From assembly GCA_965242865.1 (NCBI GenBank), contig CBDETK010000013.1:3200001-3264000 (forward strand): a stretch of DNA of 64,000 bases, read 5' to 3'. Under the pieces are notes generated by a model. It worked only from the letters and a program-made list of their open reading frames with translations, did no database searches and was not told the origin of the DNA. The stretch's first letter is position 1, and every line of letters begins with the position of its first letter. Both the position numbers and the translations under genes were made by a program. Origin of the DNA: Candidatus Latescibacterota bacterium. Lineage in GTDB: Bacteria; Latescibacterota; UBA2968; UBA8231. Positions 19,045-27,815 of this stretch are shown in pieces.

Positions 19045-19221
19045 CTAGTCGGGATCGCAACATTTATCTGTCGAGTAAACGCAGGTCTCCGTTCTCCGGA
19101 ACAGCGTTTCCTGTATCCACATGCTGGTGTAGTTGGACCGCTGCTCTGGCTTGCACTCGACGTGATACCCGAAAACGACCTTGCGGTTGTGCGCCCGGTT
19201 TCGCTTCGTCAGCTTTTTCAT
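19045..19221 (-). CDS. 58-aa Cys-rich putative RiPP precursor peptide, copy A
   Basis: AAGGAGGTGAAGT-ATG; MKKLTKRNRAHNRKVVFGYHVECKPEQRSNYTSMWIQETLFRRTETCVYSTDKCCDPD*; first gene after a sigma54 promoter; below the ORF-track cutoff. Confidence 0.8.
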   Translation of the reverse strand: MKKLTKRNRAHNRKVVFGYHVECKPEQRSNYTSMWIQETLFRRTETCVYSTDKCCDPD

Positions 19222-19368
19222 ACTTCACCTCCTTCCTCAGGCCCCTCGGTCTCCTTGGCGTGATGCCCAACAGGTGGTCTCATTGCCCGCCTCCTTTCTG
19301 ACCCTGTTGGATATGTGAAGCATGTTCCTTTCGGCTTTCGTTTGTCATGGCCTTCTACCCAAAAGAAA

Positions 19369-19488
19369 AGCAAAATGTGTGCCATACTATCTAACTTGTT
19401 GAAAGACAACAAGATGTGTCGAATCGTCCTCTTGGGCACTCCATTGGCACTGTCCGCTGGTGATACAGGGGTGTCCGCTGGTGATACA
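19369..19488 (-). promoter_or_regulatory. sigma54 promoter with IHF-like site and tandem enhancer
   Basis: TGGCACACATTTTGCT at 19369-19384; TTTCAACAAGTTA; 17-mers at 19451-19467 and 19472-19488. Confidence 0.88.
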
Positions 19489-19535
19489 CTCGCGATACCG
19501 ACCTGACGAAAACCAGCGTCCTCCGTCGGCCTCTC

Positions 19536-22022
19536 TCACTCGCTCTGCAAGCCTTTGGTGATCGGCTCCCGCATTAGGGCCACTGTGTGCAACAACACCC
19601 CCACACCGGCAGTGACCGCCGCGGCCAAACTGCCCAACCCCAAGAACAGCCAGTCATCGTCGATCCGTTGCGCGAACTGGTTCAGCCACTCTTCGACGCC
19701 CAAGTGCGCCAAAGGCCCGATTAGCAGGCATCCCGCCAACACCAACCACAGCAGTCGCCGCGCCAACAGGCTGGCCACATGATGCCCCTGAGCTCCCAAC
19801 GTCCGCATGAAGGCGATATTGCGCCGCTGATGGGACACCGTAATCGCCGTCAGGCCGTATGCCCCCAGCGCGGCGATCAGCACGGCCAACAGGGCCGCCC
19901 CCCCGACGACCCATAGCCAGATCCGGTCGTCTTGGTAATAAGCGACCAAGAAGTCTTCGAGCCTTGACAGATGCAGTACTTCGTCTGGGGCTACAGCTTT
20001 CCACGTACGCTCGATATGATCAAGAGCCTCGTTGCCTGCCTTGGGGTCGAGGCGTACGAAGAGCAACTCGTGCTGATTTACAGAGGAGTTGAGCAAGAGC
20101 ACCCCCGGCTCTTCAGAGTTGTTTTTTAGCGAATAAAAGTAATAGTCGCTCAGTACGCCTACGACGCGGCCTTGTCCATTGGGCATCTGACGGGCTAGGC
20201 GTTTCTCAAACTGCACGACTTGGCCGATGGGCTGATCCCAACCGGCTCGGGCGACGAAGGTCTCATTAACCAGAATGCCCGCTTGGTCCGGGCCCAAGTC
20301 TGTGCCCTGAACGAGTTGGAGGCCGAGCGTCTCGACAAAATGCCGATCCACGCCTAGACAACGCGCCTCAATAGTGCGGTCCTCACTGGGCAACATCGTC
20401 TTTTTTATCCACGGTGCCCCGCCCAATTCTTTCTCTAAAAAATGATCCTTACTCGTAGCCACCGACTTGATCCCACTATGGGCGAGCAGTCGCTCCTTGA
20501 GTAACTGCCGGTGTCTGCTATGGATGTCCTGGGACAACTCCCTTATTCTGAGCACCAGCACGTCGGCGGACACAAAGCCCAGATCGAATACCTGCAAGTG
20601 GTGCAGTTGCCGAACCATAACCAAACTCGTGCCCGCCAGCCCAGCACAGGCAGCGAACTGCATCACCACTAACGCACTGCCCAACGTAGATCGGCGGCTG
20701 AGCAAACGGGTGCTACGTACGGCCTCGCTGGGATTGGTCCGCGCAAGGATTAGGCCGGGATAGGCGGCGGCTAGTAGGCTGGTCAGCACCAACAGGACCA
20801 GCCCGCCAACGATGAAGGGGGGGGCAAGGTAATCGAGACGCAGGTCCTGACCCAACACCGCGTTGAACGCCGGCAACAGGGCTTCGCTGAGGCCCAAGCC
20901 GATTACTAGCGACACACCACACACCATCACCGTCTCGATCCAGAACTGCACCGGCAGTTGTCGACGGGTGGCTCCCAAGGCGACGCGCACCCCAACTTCT
21001 AGCCCGCGTGTACTCGCCCGAGCCGTAGCCAAGTTGACGTAGTTGACCACGGCTACGGCTAGCAGGAGCACGGCGATCGCCAAGACGATATAGGTCTCCA
21101 ATGGGTCGTGCGGCGAGGCGATACTTTCGTATCCTTTCCACTGCGTCACATCGGGGTCCGTGTGTATGGCCGACAGGGGTTGCAATTCCACTCTAAAATT
21201 CACCCCACGATCTACCTCTTGGCTGAAATCGGATGCGTTTTCAAGTACTAACTGCCGCATCAGTTCTTCTGCTTGCTTCAAATCGCCATCGTTGGCGTTC
21301 TCTTGAAACCTGACGAATAGGACGCTTCCCCAGTCCCAGAAGTCATCAAGCCAGCCCCATAGATACTCGGAGTTGTGAAAGGGCAACAGGATATTCAACT
21401 GAATCGACGAGTTCGCCGGCGGCGGGGCGACCACGGCTTGGATGGTGTATTCCTTGCGTTCGGATTGGGGCCACCCCACATCGATCCGTATTACCTGCCC
21501 CACCGCTGGCTCGTCTCCGAAGTAGCGGCGGGCGAACTCGCGGCTGACCACGACGCCGTCTTTTGCCTGCAGAGCCGTCCGCGGATCGCCCGCGTCGAGG
21601 GGGAAAGAGAACACCTCAAAGAAATTCTCATCGACCAGCAGAAACGGCTCGTCGTTCCACCTATCGCCTATCCGCACACGGATGCGCCGACTTTCCAGTG
21701 ACGCCCCGCGACTGGAAACTAACCGGACCGTTTCTTCAACTTGGGGCACGGCGTTCTGGATCGCCTCGGCCATGGCGACCGGAGTGTGATCCCCCATCTT
21801 CCTATTACCATATACTGGGCTTTTGGCACTGAACACCACTCGATAGAGGTGCCCCCCTTTCTCATGGAAGCTATCGTAGCTCCACTCGTGCGACACCAAC
21901 GCGTGGGCTAGAATGCAGGCACCAAAAGCCAGCGACAAACCGCACACCTCAATGAAGCTCAACAGCTTGTGCCGTCGCAGGATGCGCACGGCGGTCCGTA
22001 AGTAATTACCGATCATTCTCAT
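19536..22022 (-). CDS. MacB/FtsX-type ABC transporter permease; paralog of 9172-11643
   Basis: Same motifs and closely similar sequence throughout; ends REPITKGLQSE. Confidence 0.9.
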   Translation of the reverse strand: MRMIGNYLRTAVRILRRHKLLSFIEVCGLSLAFGACILAHALVSHEWSYDSFHEKGGHLYRVVFSAKSPVYGNRKMGDHTPVAMAEAIQNAVPQVEETVRLVSSRGASLESRRIRVRIGDRWNDEPFLLVDENFFEVFSFPLDAGDPRTALQAKDGVVVSREFARRYFGDEPAVGQVIRIDVGWPQSERKEYTIQAVVAPPPANSSIQLNILLPFHNSEYLWGWLDDFWDWGSVLFVRFQENANDGDLKQAEELMRQLVLENASDFSQEVDRGVNFRVELQPLSAIHTDPDVTQWKGYESIASPHDPLETYIVLAIAVLLLAVAVVNYVNLATARASTRGLEVGVRVALGATRRQLPVQFWIETVMVCGVSLVIGLGLSEALLPAFNAVLGQDLRLDYLAPPFIVGGLVLLVLTSLLAAAYPGLILARTNPSEAVRSTRLLSRRSTLGSALVVMQFAACAGLAGTSLVMVRQLHHLQVFDLGFVSADVLVLRIRELSQDIHSRHRQLLKERLLAHSGIKSVATSKDHFLEKELGGAPWIKKTMLPSEDRTIEARCLGVDRHFVETLGLQLVQGTDLGPDQAGILVNETFVARAGWDQPIGQVVQFEKRLARQMPNGQGRVVGVLSDYYFYSLKNNSEEPGVLLLNSSVNQHELLFVRLDPKAGNEALDHIERTWKAVAPDEVLHLSRLEDFLVAYYQDDRIWLWVVGGAALLAVLIAALGAYGLTAITVSHQRRNIAFMRTLGAQGHHVASLLARRLLWLVLAGCLLIGPLAHLGVEEWLNQFAQRIDDDWLFLGLGSLAAAVTAGVGVLLHTVALMREPITKGLQSE

Positions 22023-22171
22023 GGTGCTTGTTCCTTCCTACCTTGCATTTGCTTGTCGTCTGGTATCGCTTTTACTATGCCAAGGAGACGAGGGGCTTCG
22101 TTGGCTTGAGAGAGCCTAGCAATACGGCTACGGATAAGTGGACCTATCCTAGGTTCACCTATGGGACACTG

Positions 22172-22348
22172 CTAGTCGGGATCGCAACATTTATCTGTCG
22201 AGTAAACGCAGGTCTCCGTTCTCCGGAACAGCGTTTCCTGTATCCACATGCTGGTGTAGTTGGACCGCTGCTCTGGCTTGCACTCGACGTGATACCCGAA
22301 AACGACCTTGCGGTTGTGCGCCCGGTTTCGCTTCGTCAGCTTTTTCAT
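22172..22348 (-). CDS. 58-aa Cys-rich putative RiPP precursor peptide, copy B (identical to copy A)
   Basis: Same RBS and sequence as 19045-19221. Confidence 0.8.
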   Translation of the reverse strand: MKKLTKRNRAHNRKVVFGYHVECKPEQRSNYTSMWIQETLFRRTETCVYSTDKCCDPD

Positions 22349-22495
22349 ACTTCACCTCCTTCCTCAGGCCCCTCGGTCTCCTTGGCGTGATGCCCAACAG
22401 GTGGTCTCATTGCCCGCCTCCTTTCTGACCCTGTTGGATATGTGAAGCATGTTCCTTTCGGCTTTCGTTTGTCATGGCCTTCTACCCAAAAGAAA

Positions 22496-22615
22496 AGCAA
22501 AATGTGTGCCATACTATCTAACTTGTTGAAAGACAACAAGATGTGTCGAATCGTCCTCTTGGGCACTCCATTGGCACTGTCCGCTGGTGATACAGGGGTG
22601 TCCGCTGGTGATACA
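22496..22615 (-). promoter_or_regulatory. sigma54 promoter with tandem enhancer
   Basis: TGGCACACATTTTGCT at 22496-22511; 17-mers at 22578-22594 and 22599-22615. Confidence 0.88.
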
Positions 22616-22726
22616 CTCGCGATACCGACCTGATGAAAACCAGCACACCCTAATACCCCATCACGGCGTATCCATACGTAGCCGCCTCTGCGCTCCGAGA
22701 TGCGTTTTAATAGCGATTTCATGGCA

Positions 22727-23011
22727 CTATACCGAGACAGCCCGTCTGGATACGAATTCTGCTAGGGCTCGCAAACTACTCAGCACTTCGGGATTGAGGT
22801 CGTCGTCGTCAAACTCAAAGCCGAATCGTTCTTCTATTTCTTGCACATAAGTCAGAATTTCAACGGAATCCATTCCAAGGTTGCCGTCGAGAAGGGCTTC
22901 GTCCAAATCAATCAGATTCGGATCTATATCCACCTCCGTCACCTCCAAGAGTAGCACCTGTAACTCGTATAGGAGGCGTTCCATTCGACTATCGCCAGAT
23001 TGGCTCTCCAT
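22727..23011 (-). CDS. Acyl carrier protein
   Basis: 94 aa, acidic; LGMDSVEIL phosphopantetheinylation motif; IEERFGFEF; AGGAGG RBS. Confidence 0.9.
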   Translation of the reverse strand: MESQSGDSRMERLLYELQVLLLEVTEVDIDPNLIDLDEALLDGNLGMDSVEILTYVQEIEERFGFEFDDDDLNPEVLSSLRALAEFVSRRAVSV

Positions 23012-23114
23012 TGTTTGTTTCCTCCTAGTTAGTATAGCCGCGCCTCGGCCTTAGAAGCCGTCTGAATCTCCCTCTGGAGTCGTGTTGAGCACGGTAAGGA
23101 CAGCAGACCGCTTC

Positions 23115-24887
23115 TTATCCCACAGCCGCCGCGAAGTGCCTACGACCCTGTATCTCTTCTGTCCCATCCAACGCAAAAAGCTGCTGAAAATGCTTTCCCT
23201 TTCTCTTCATTTCTGCTGGAGTCCCCTCTTCTACAATTCTTCCGTTCTCAATGCAGAAGACCCAGTCCATTCTTTCTATGACTTCTACATTGTGGCTCAC
23301 TACTATGGTGAACATGTTTTTTCGAGTTTCCAGCAGTTCCAAAACCGATTCTTCCATCTGTCCATCCACCATTGAAGTGCCCTCGTCTATGACTAAAATA
23401 TCGGGATCAGACATTAGTGCTCTCGCTATGCACACCCTCTGCCGTTGTCCGCCCGACAGCCGCGCCCCATTATCACCAATTGTCGCACCGCTAGCCTTCT
23501 CTGTGACGAGTTCAGGTATCCTAAGAGAGTGCAGTATCCTATCTGCATCGGCGACCTCCTCCTGCTTTCCATAAAGCACGTTATCCAACACAGGCCGATT
23601 GAAAAGCAGTGTTTCCTGCGGCACCATGCCGATATTCAGATCCTTCAACTTTATGCTGTCTTTGCCAAATGCACTATGGACGGCTATCTCTCCATCCATG
23701 GGGTCCAAAAGCCCGCACACCATATTGACCAACGTAGTCTTTCCGCTCCCGTTCTCGCCCACAAGCGCGTAGCGCATGCCTCTTTTGAGGTCGAGGTCAA
23801 TGTCGTGCAGAACCAACCCTCCGTGATAGCCTGCTGAGACTTTTCTCATTGTTATCCGCGAGCATTCGGGCCGATTTCGTCTTTCTCCAGCTAGTTCGAT
23901 AGTGTCTTTTAGATGCAGGTTTTCCAGTTCCTCAATCCGCCTCAACGAGACGCTGCCCTCTACCAAGGTCGTATATACTCCCCCTAACTTCCTGACAGGT
24001 TCCACGAGCCAGTTGATGTACTGGCCAAACGCGACGAGAGCCCCAACGGTCATATCCTCCTCTAGTACATCGTGGGCACCGACGAGTAGAACCAAGATCG
24101 GCCCTAAGCCGAGGAAAAACGAGGAACAGGAATGTCTGGTCGCGCCGAAAACCGTGCGCTTTACTTCGAGATCGCCGAGAGCACCTACTTCTTTCTTAAT
24201 ATCCTTGGTAGTATTGGCCCCTTGGGCAAAGGCTTGCACCACCTTCAAGTTCTGGTAAGTCTCCACGAAACGGGCCGTGAGGCGACTTTTGCATTCAGTG
24301 GACATCTGGGTGTACTCTAAGAGCTTGGCTTGAGTAAATTTTGCTATCACCAGAAAAAAGGGGAGTCCAATCACGCAAATAAAGAGCAGCTTCAGATTCA
24401 TCCATCCCAGAATGCCCACAATAATCACCAATCGCAACCCATTTTTCACTACATTTAACAGCGTTTGGGTCAAGACCTTCTGCACATTACCGCAATCTGT
24501 CATCGCCCGATACGAAAGGTCAGCGGCGTTAAAATTGCGTAGATTGAAGTACGGGATCTCTATTATTTTTGCCGCGAGTTCCCCACGTAACTTCAGCATG
24601 ATGTTTCTGCCTATATGAGCACTCAACAGGCGTGAGAGTACGGACAGCACTAACCGCACAATCATCAGACCGAACATGCCGAATACGATCCAGATCAATA
24701 GCTCGCCATTGCGCTCTAGGAGCACCTTATCGATAAGCGTCTTGGTCAGTAGAGGCAAAGCGAGCACAGCCGCTATAGAGATGCAACTGAGGATCAGGGC
24801 CAAGAGCTGGAGCCGCCATTCCCAGCTTATGTACTTGACGTACGGAGTTAGCACACTGAGCAAGTTCGCATTTCTCTTAAACATCAC
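23115..24887 (-). CDS. ABC exporter, fused TMD-NBD (peptide/multidrug type, no C39 domain)
   Basis: N-terminal TM helices; GENGSGKT, LSGGQRQR, ILVIDEGTS, VVSH. Confidence 0.92.
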   Translation of the reverse strand: MMFKRNANLLSVLTPYVKYISWEWRLQLLALILSCISIAAVLALPLLTKTLIDKVLLERNGELLIWIVFGMFGLMIVRLVLSVLSRLLSAHIGRNIMLKLRGELAAKIIEIPYFNLRNFNAADLSYRAMTDCGNVQKVLTQTLLNVVKNGLRLVIIVGILGWMNLKLLFICVIGLPFFLVIAKFTQAKLLEYTQMSTECKSRLTARFVETYQNLKVVQAFAQGANTTKDIKKEVGALGDLEVKRTVFGATRHSCSSFFLGLGPILVLLVGAHDVLEEDMTVGALVAFGQYINWLVEPVRKLGGVYTTLVEGSVSLRRIEELENLHLKDTIELAGERRNRPECSRITMRKVSAGYHGGLVLHDIDLDLKRGMRYALVGENGSGKTTLVNMVCGLLDPMDGEIAVHSAFGKDSIKLKDLNIGMVPQETLLFNRPVLDNVLYGKQEEVADADRILHSLRIPELVTEKASGATIGDNGARLSGGQRQRVCIARALMSDPDILVIDEGTSMVDGQMEESVLELLETRKNMFTIVVSHNVEVIERMDWVFCIENGRIVEEGTPAEMKRKGKHFQQLFALDGTEEIQGRRHFAAAVG

Positions 24888-26008
24888 AGTGTAGTCCCGT
24901 GTGGTTCTTCTTTCATCAATCGCAGGCTATTAACGTGCGAGTTGCTGTAGTCAGGCTTGTTCTGCCGCAGGGCAGGACACGCTATCAGCGAAATGCAGCA
25001 GTCCCTAAGTGCCTCTAAATCCAACTCGCGATTCTCTCGGTAGTGTCTGAGGCCATTTTGCAGATGAGGTATAAGGCTTAATGGGATAGTATCGACAAAC
25101 TCGAAAAGATCTAATTCAAATTTGCCGCGCTTGCTGACCTCAAAGTTGTATGTCTTGTACGTAAAAAGCTCAAACAATATCCCGCACAACGCATAATGGT
25201 CTGTTTCCTGCGTGAATTGCTCAAACCGCAAAACCTGCTCAACGGGAGCATAGGCGGGACTGTACTTCCCCATTTTGTACTCTTTGCCCGCCGGGTGAGG
25301 CTCTCCAGCCGTTACTGTCGTCTCGAAATCGACGAGCGTTACCCCTAATTCGCTCAGGCCGACAGAGAACGGATCCCGAGGACACACCATGATATTTCCG
25401 GGGTTAAGATCGAGAAAGACCTTACCTTTAGCGTGTAACAAGCGAAGGGCCTCCGTCAGCTTAGCTGCTACCCACAATTTCATATCGAGGGTCAGTTCTT
25501 GCGGATACTGGTCTCTGCTAGGTATCGGATAGTACTTATGCAGCGACTTGCCTTCAACGAGTTCGTACACGTAATACAGGATTTTGTAGCGCGTTGGGAC
25601 TATGCCTTTGCAATAGTACTTAACCGCCAGTCCCTTCTCGATGGGCTTCGCGAAACTTTCGTGCTCCAACTCTTGGGCAACGTTAAACTCATTGTCGTAA
25701 AATGCCCTTTCGGCCAACCAAGTCCGAGAACCTACTCTGTCCTCACCCTCTGTCTTTACGTCGCCTAGGAGACCGATATCTTGGCTAGGCAGGACGTACT
25801 TTATGAATACCTGTTTTCCGGTCAGAGTGTCTCGGGCTGCGAGGATATTATGACGTCTTGTGGAAAGTCGTTCGGGAGAGAGCCTGTATTTTCCCAGCCG
25901 GTGAATTGGACGTCTCCTCGCTGGCACGACTTTCGGCTCGAGTACGCAGATAGGCATGCTGCGGAAAATCCACTTTGCAAACTGGCGAATGTGCCTGTTG
26001 ATTTCCAT
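24884..26008 (-). CDS. Ser/Thr protein kinase-like protein with LanKC/LanL-like motifs
   Basis: VFIKY, GKVFLDLNPGNIMV, LVDFE, SPAYAPVEQ, TDHYALCGILFEL; AAGGAGG RBS before ATG 26008. Confidence 0.8.
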   Translation of the reverse strand: MEINRHIRQFAKWIFRSMPICVLEPKVVPARRRPIHRLGKYRLSPERLSTRRHNILAARDTLTGKQVFIKYVLPSQDIGLLGDVKTEGEDRVGSRTWLAERAFYDNEFNVAQELEHESFAKPIEKGLAVKYYCKGIVPTRYKILYYVYELVEGKSLHKYYPIPSRDQYPQELTLDMKLWVAAKLTEALRLLHAKGKVFLDLNPGNIMVCPRDPFSVGLSELGVTLVDFETTVTAGEPHPAGKEYKMGKYSPAYAPVEQVLRFEQFTQETDHYALCGILFELFTYKTYNFEVSKRGKFELDLFEFVDTIPLSLIPHLQNGLRHYRENRELDLEALRDCCISLIACPALRQNKPDYSNSHVNSLRLMKEEPHGTTL

Positions 26009-26056
26009 GTTAGCCTCCTTTATGTAGCAATCGCGGTAAGTTCTTGCTCGCACCCA

Positions 26057-26695
26057 TTAGCGGGACGCATCAGCGACCACTCCTTTCGTTGCACAACTGG
26101 CCAAGAACCGGCGACGGCTTTCCTCTATATCGTCGGCAAATTGCTCGACCATAAAATCGCCGATGCGCCCCGAACTATCGACGCAGAGCATGACACCGTG
26201 TATTTCTCTCGATCCGAGCAGTTGTAGCAACGGTTCTGGCACATGCTCCTTTTCTATTGTGACAGGCTTTCTTTTGGGAGCGTACGAGGCACTTATCTCC
26301 AGCACCTTTATCAGGCTCTCCTCCCCTTCAAACGCGCCGATGTAGAGCGGCTCGTTTCCAATCTCCAGATTGCTTTGTCCCTCGTACCAGTACCCAAACA
26401 TATCGACGTAACAGGCACCGCACTTTGCCTTGTCGTCGAATAGCATAATTATATCGCCATCTCGCCGAATAAAATCTCCCAAGCGGACTATCTCTACCCC
26501 CTGCCGAGTAGGCAACTCGTCCAAGGCGAGTCCCAGTACCCGATCTCCCGCGACTTCCAAGGCAACTTCCCTCTTTAACTCCTCGATCTCGTGCCGGCGC
26601 TCGTCCCGGCCTTGGTTCTTGCCAACCAAGAAAGACACCCCTATGGCTAGGGCCGCCAGCAGCACAACGGCCAACCGTCTGATGTGTGTCATCAT
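26057..26695 (-). CDS. Membrane-anchored CxxC protein, possible thioredoxin-like fold
   Basis: N-terminal TM; IIMLFDDKAKCGACYVD; AAGGAG RBS before ATG 26695. Confidence 0.5.
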   Translation of the reverse strand: MMTHIRRLAVVLLAALAIGVSFLVGKNQGRDERRHEIEELKREVALEVAGDRVLGLALDELPTRQGVEIVRLGDFIRRDGDIIMLFDDKAKCGACYVDMFGYWYEGQSNLEIGNEPLYIGAFEGEESLIKVLEISASYAPKRKPVTIEKEHVPEPLLQLLGSREIHGVMLCVDSSGRIGDFMVEQFADDIEESRRRFLASCATKGVVADASR

Positions 26696-26745
26696 TCGCT
26701 CCTTGTTGTTGGAGTTGATATTGCTCGCAGTCTCAGACCGCACTA

Positions 26746-27813
26746 TTAGGCATCCAAAACCGCGATCCTGTACACCTTTACCACTGGATCGGCTAAGTTG
26801 CCGGAATCGTCGATATAGGCTTCCTGCCGCATATAGAGCAGGCCCTCGTCAGCAGTGCCCACTAACCAGCCATAATCGGAACCAATACGGCCGACTCGTC
26901 TGAACTGGTCGTCATATACCAGATAGTAGCCGAACTCTTCGCCTTCCTCCCTCATCTCCTCAGTCTCGGGAGCCACGACGAGTACGATGTACAGACCTAC
27001 CTCCTGCAAGTAGTACAGGTCTAAGAGATGGGCTGCATTCGACCACTCTTCGACGAAACGCGGGTCACGCTTGGAATCTACCTCGCTGAACAGGTCATTG
27101 GAGACCTGCCGCTCATCTACCAAGTACTTGCCGATGAGCTGCCCCTTGTTGATGTCGTACACCCGCAGGGCATTGTCCAAATTCGTCGTCGCTACCAAGC
27201 TGTCGCCTTTCAGGACCATCCCTTTGTTTTCGTACTTCCGCAGCAGCGACATATTGCCAATAGCAAGCAGCCCGTGCTCGCCATCCTCCGTCGGTCCCAC
27301 TCTGAACAGAAAGTGGCCCCTCGATACCAGTTTGGCGTACCTGCCCGCACCGTTGTACTCCATCTTCTCCACGTACGACCGAGGCCGCTTCTCCACATAC
27401 TTTTTGTCCTTGTCAAACTCGTATGCGTATCGGCTATCCAGCACGATGAGACCACCGCTCGGAGTCCATATAAGGTACTTCGGTTTGGTGAAGTTGCGGC
27501 CCTCTCCTTCCAAATGGCGGTACTCATCAATGACGAGACCGTCCGCCGTTACCTCGACCACGTTGCCGCTCTTTTTGTCCGCAACGACCAGCGTTCCATT
27601 CCCATTGGGCAACACGTGAGTAGCACTGACCAGTTTTTTCCCGTCCTCGGCCCGCAGAACGAGAGTTCCTTCTTCCCGCAGGTCCATTTTGAACGGCGAA
27701 GACCCCGCCTGTTGCACAGGGCAATCTGCCTCTGGATCAACGCCGCATCCCAAAATCGCGGGCAAGGCGAAAAACGCGGAGTTCAAAACCCCTATAATGG
27801 CTGCCTTTACCAT
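26746..27813 (-). CDS. Putative lipoprotein, 6-bladed/NHL-like beta-propeller
   Basis: Lipobox ILGC; LVVADKKSGNV, GEGRNFTKP, LIVLDS; GGAGG RBS before ATG 27813. Confidence 0.65.
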   Translation of the reverse strand: MVKAAIIGVLNSAFFALPAILGCGVDPEADCPVQQAGSSPFKMDLREEGTLVLRAEDGKKLVSATHVLPNGNGTLVVADKKSGNVVEVTADGLVIDEYRHLEGEGRNFTKPKYLIWTPSGGLIVLDSRYAYEFDKDKKYVEKRPRSYVEKMEYNGAGRYAKLVSRGHFLFRVGPTEDGEHGLLAIGNMSLLRKYENKGMVLKGDSLVATTNLDNALRVYDINKGQLIGKYLVDERQVSNDLFSEVDSKRDPRFVEEWSNAAHLLDLYYLQEVGLYIVLVVAPETEEMREEGEEFGYYLVYDDQFRRVGRIGSDYGWLVGTADEGLLYMRQEAYIDDSGNLADPVVKVYRIAVLDA

Positions 27814-27815
27814 GG

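Larger units (their letters stand above)
18883..19517. repeat. ~635-bp direct repeat, copy A (enhancer, sigma54 promoter, peptide gene and permease start codons)
   Basis: Essentially identical to 22010-22644 (offset 3127); one difference seen, 19507 c vs 22634 t. Confidence 0.95.
22010..22644. repeat. ~635-bp direct repeat, copy B
   Basis: Matches 18883-19517. Confidence 0.95.

Noticed and set aside
19064-19270. ORF-track 68-aa ORF and other ORFs in the 635-bp repeat
   Set aside because: No good RBS or start; they overlap the 58-aa ORF or the promoter
22345-22722. 125-aa ORF after the ACP
   Set aside because: Reads through the enhancer and promoter; only the first ~25 codons could be a gene remnant
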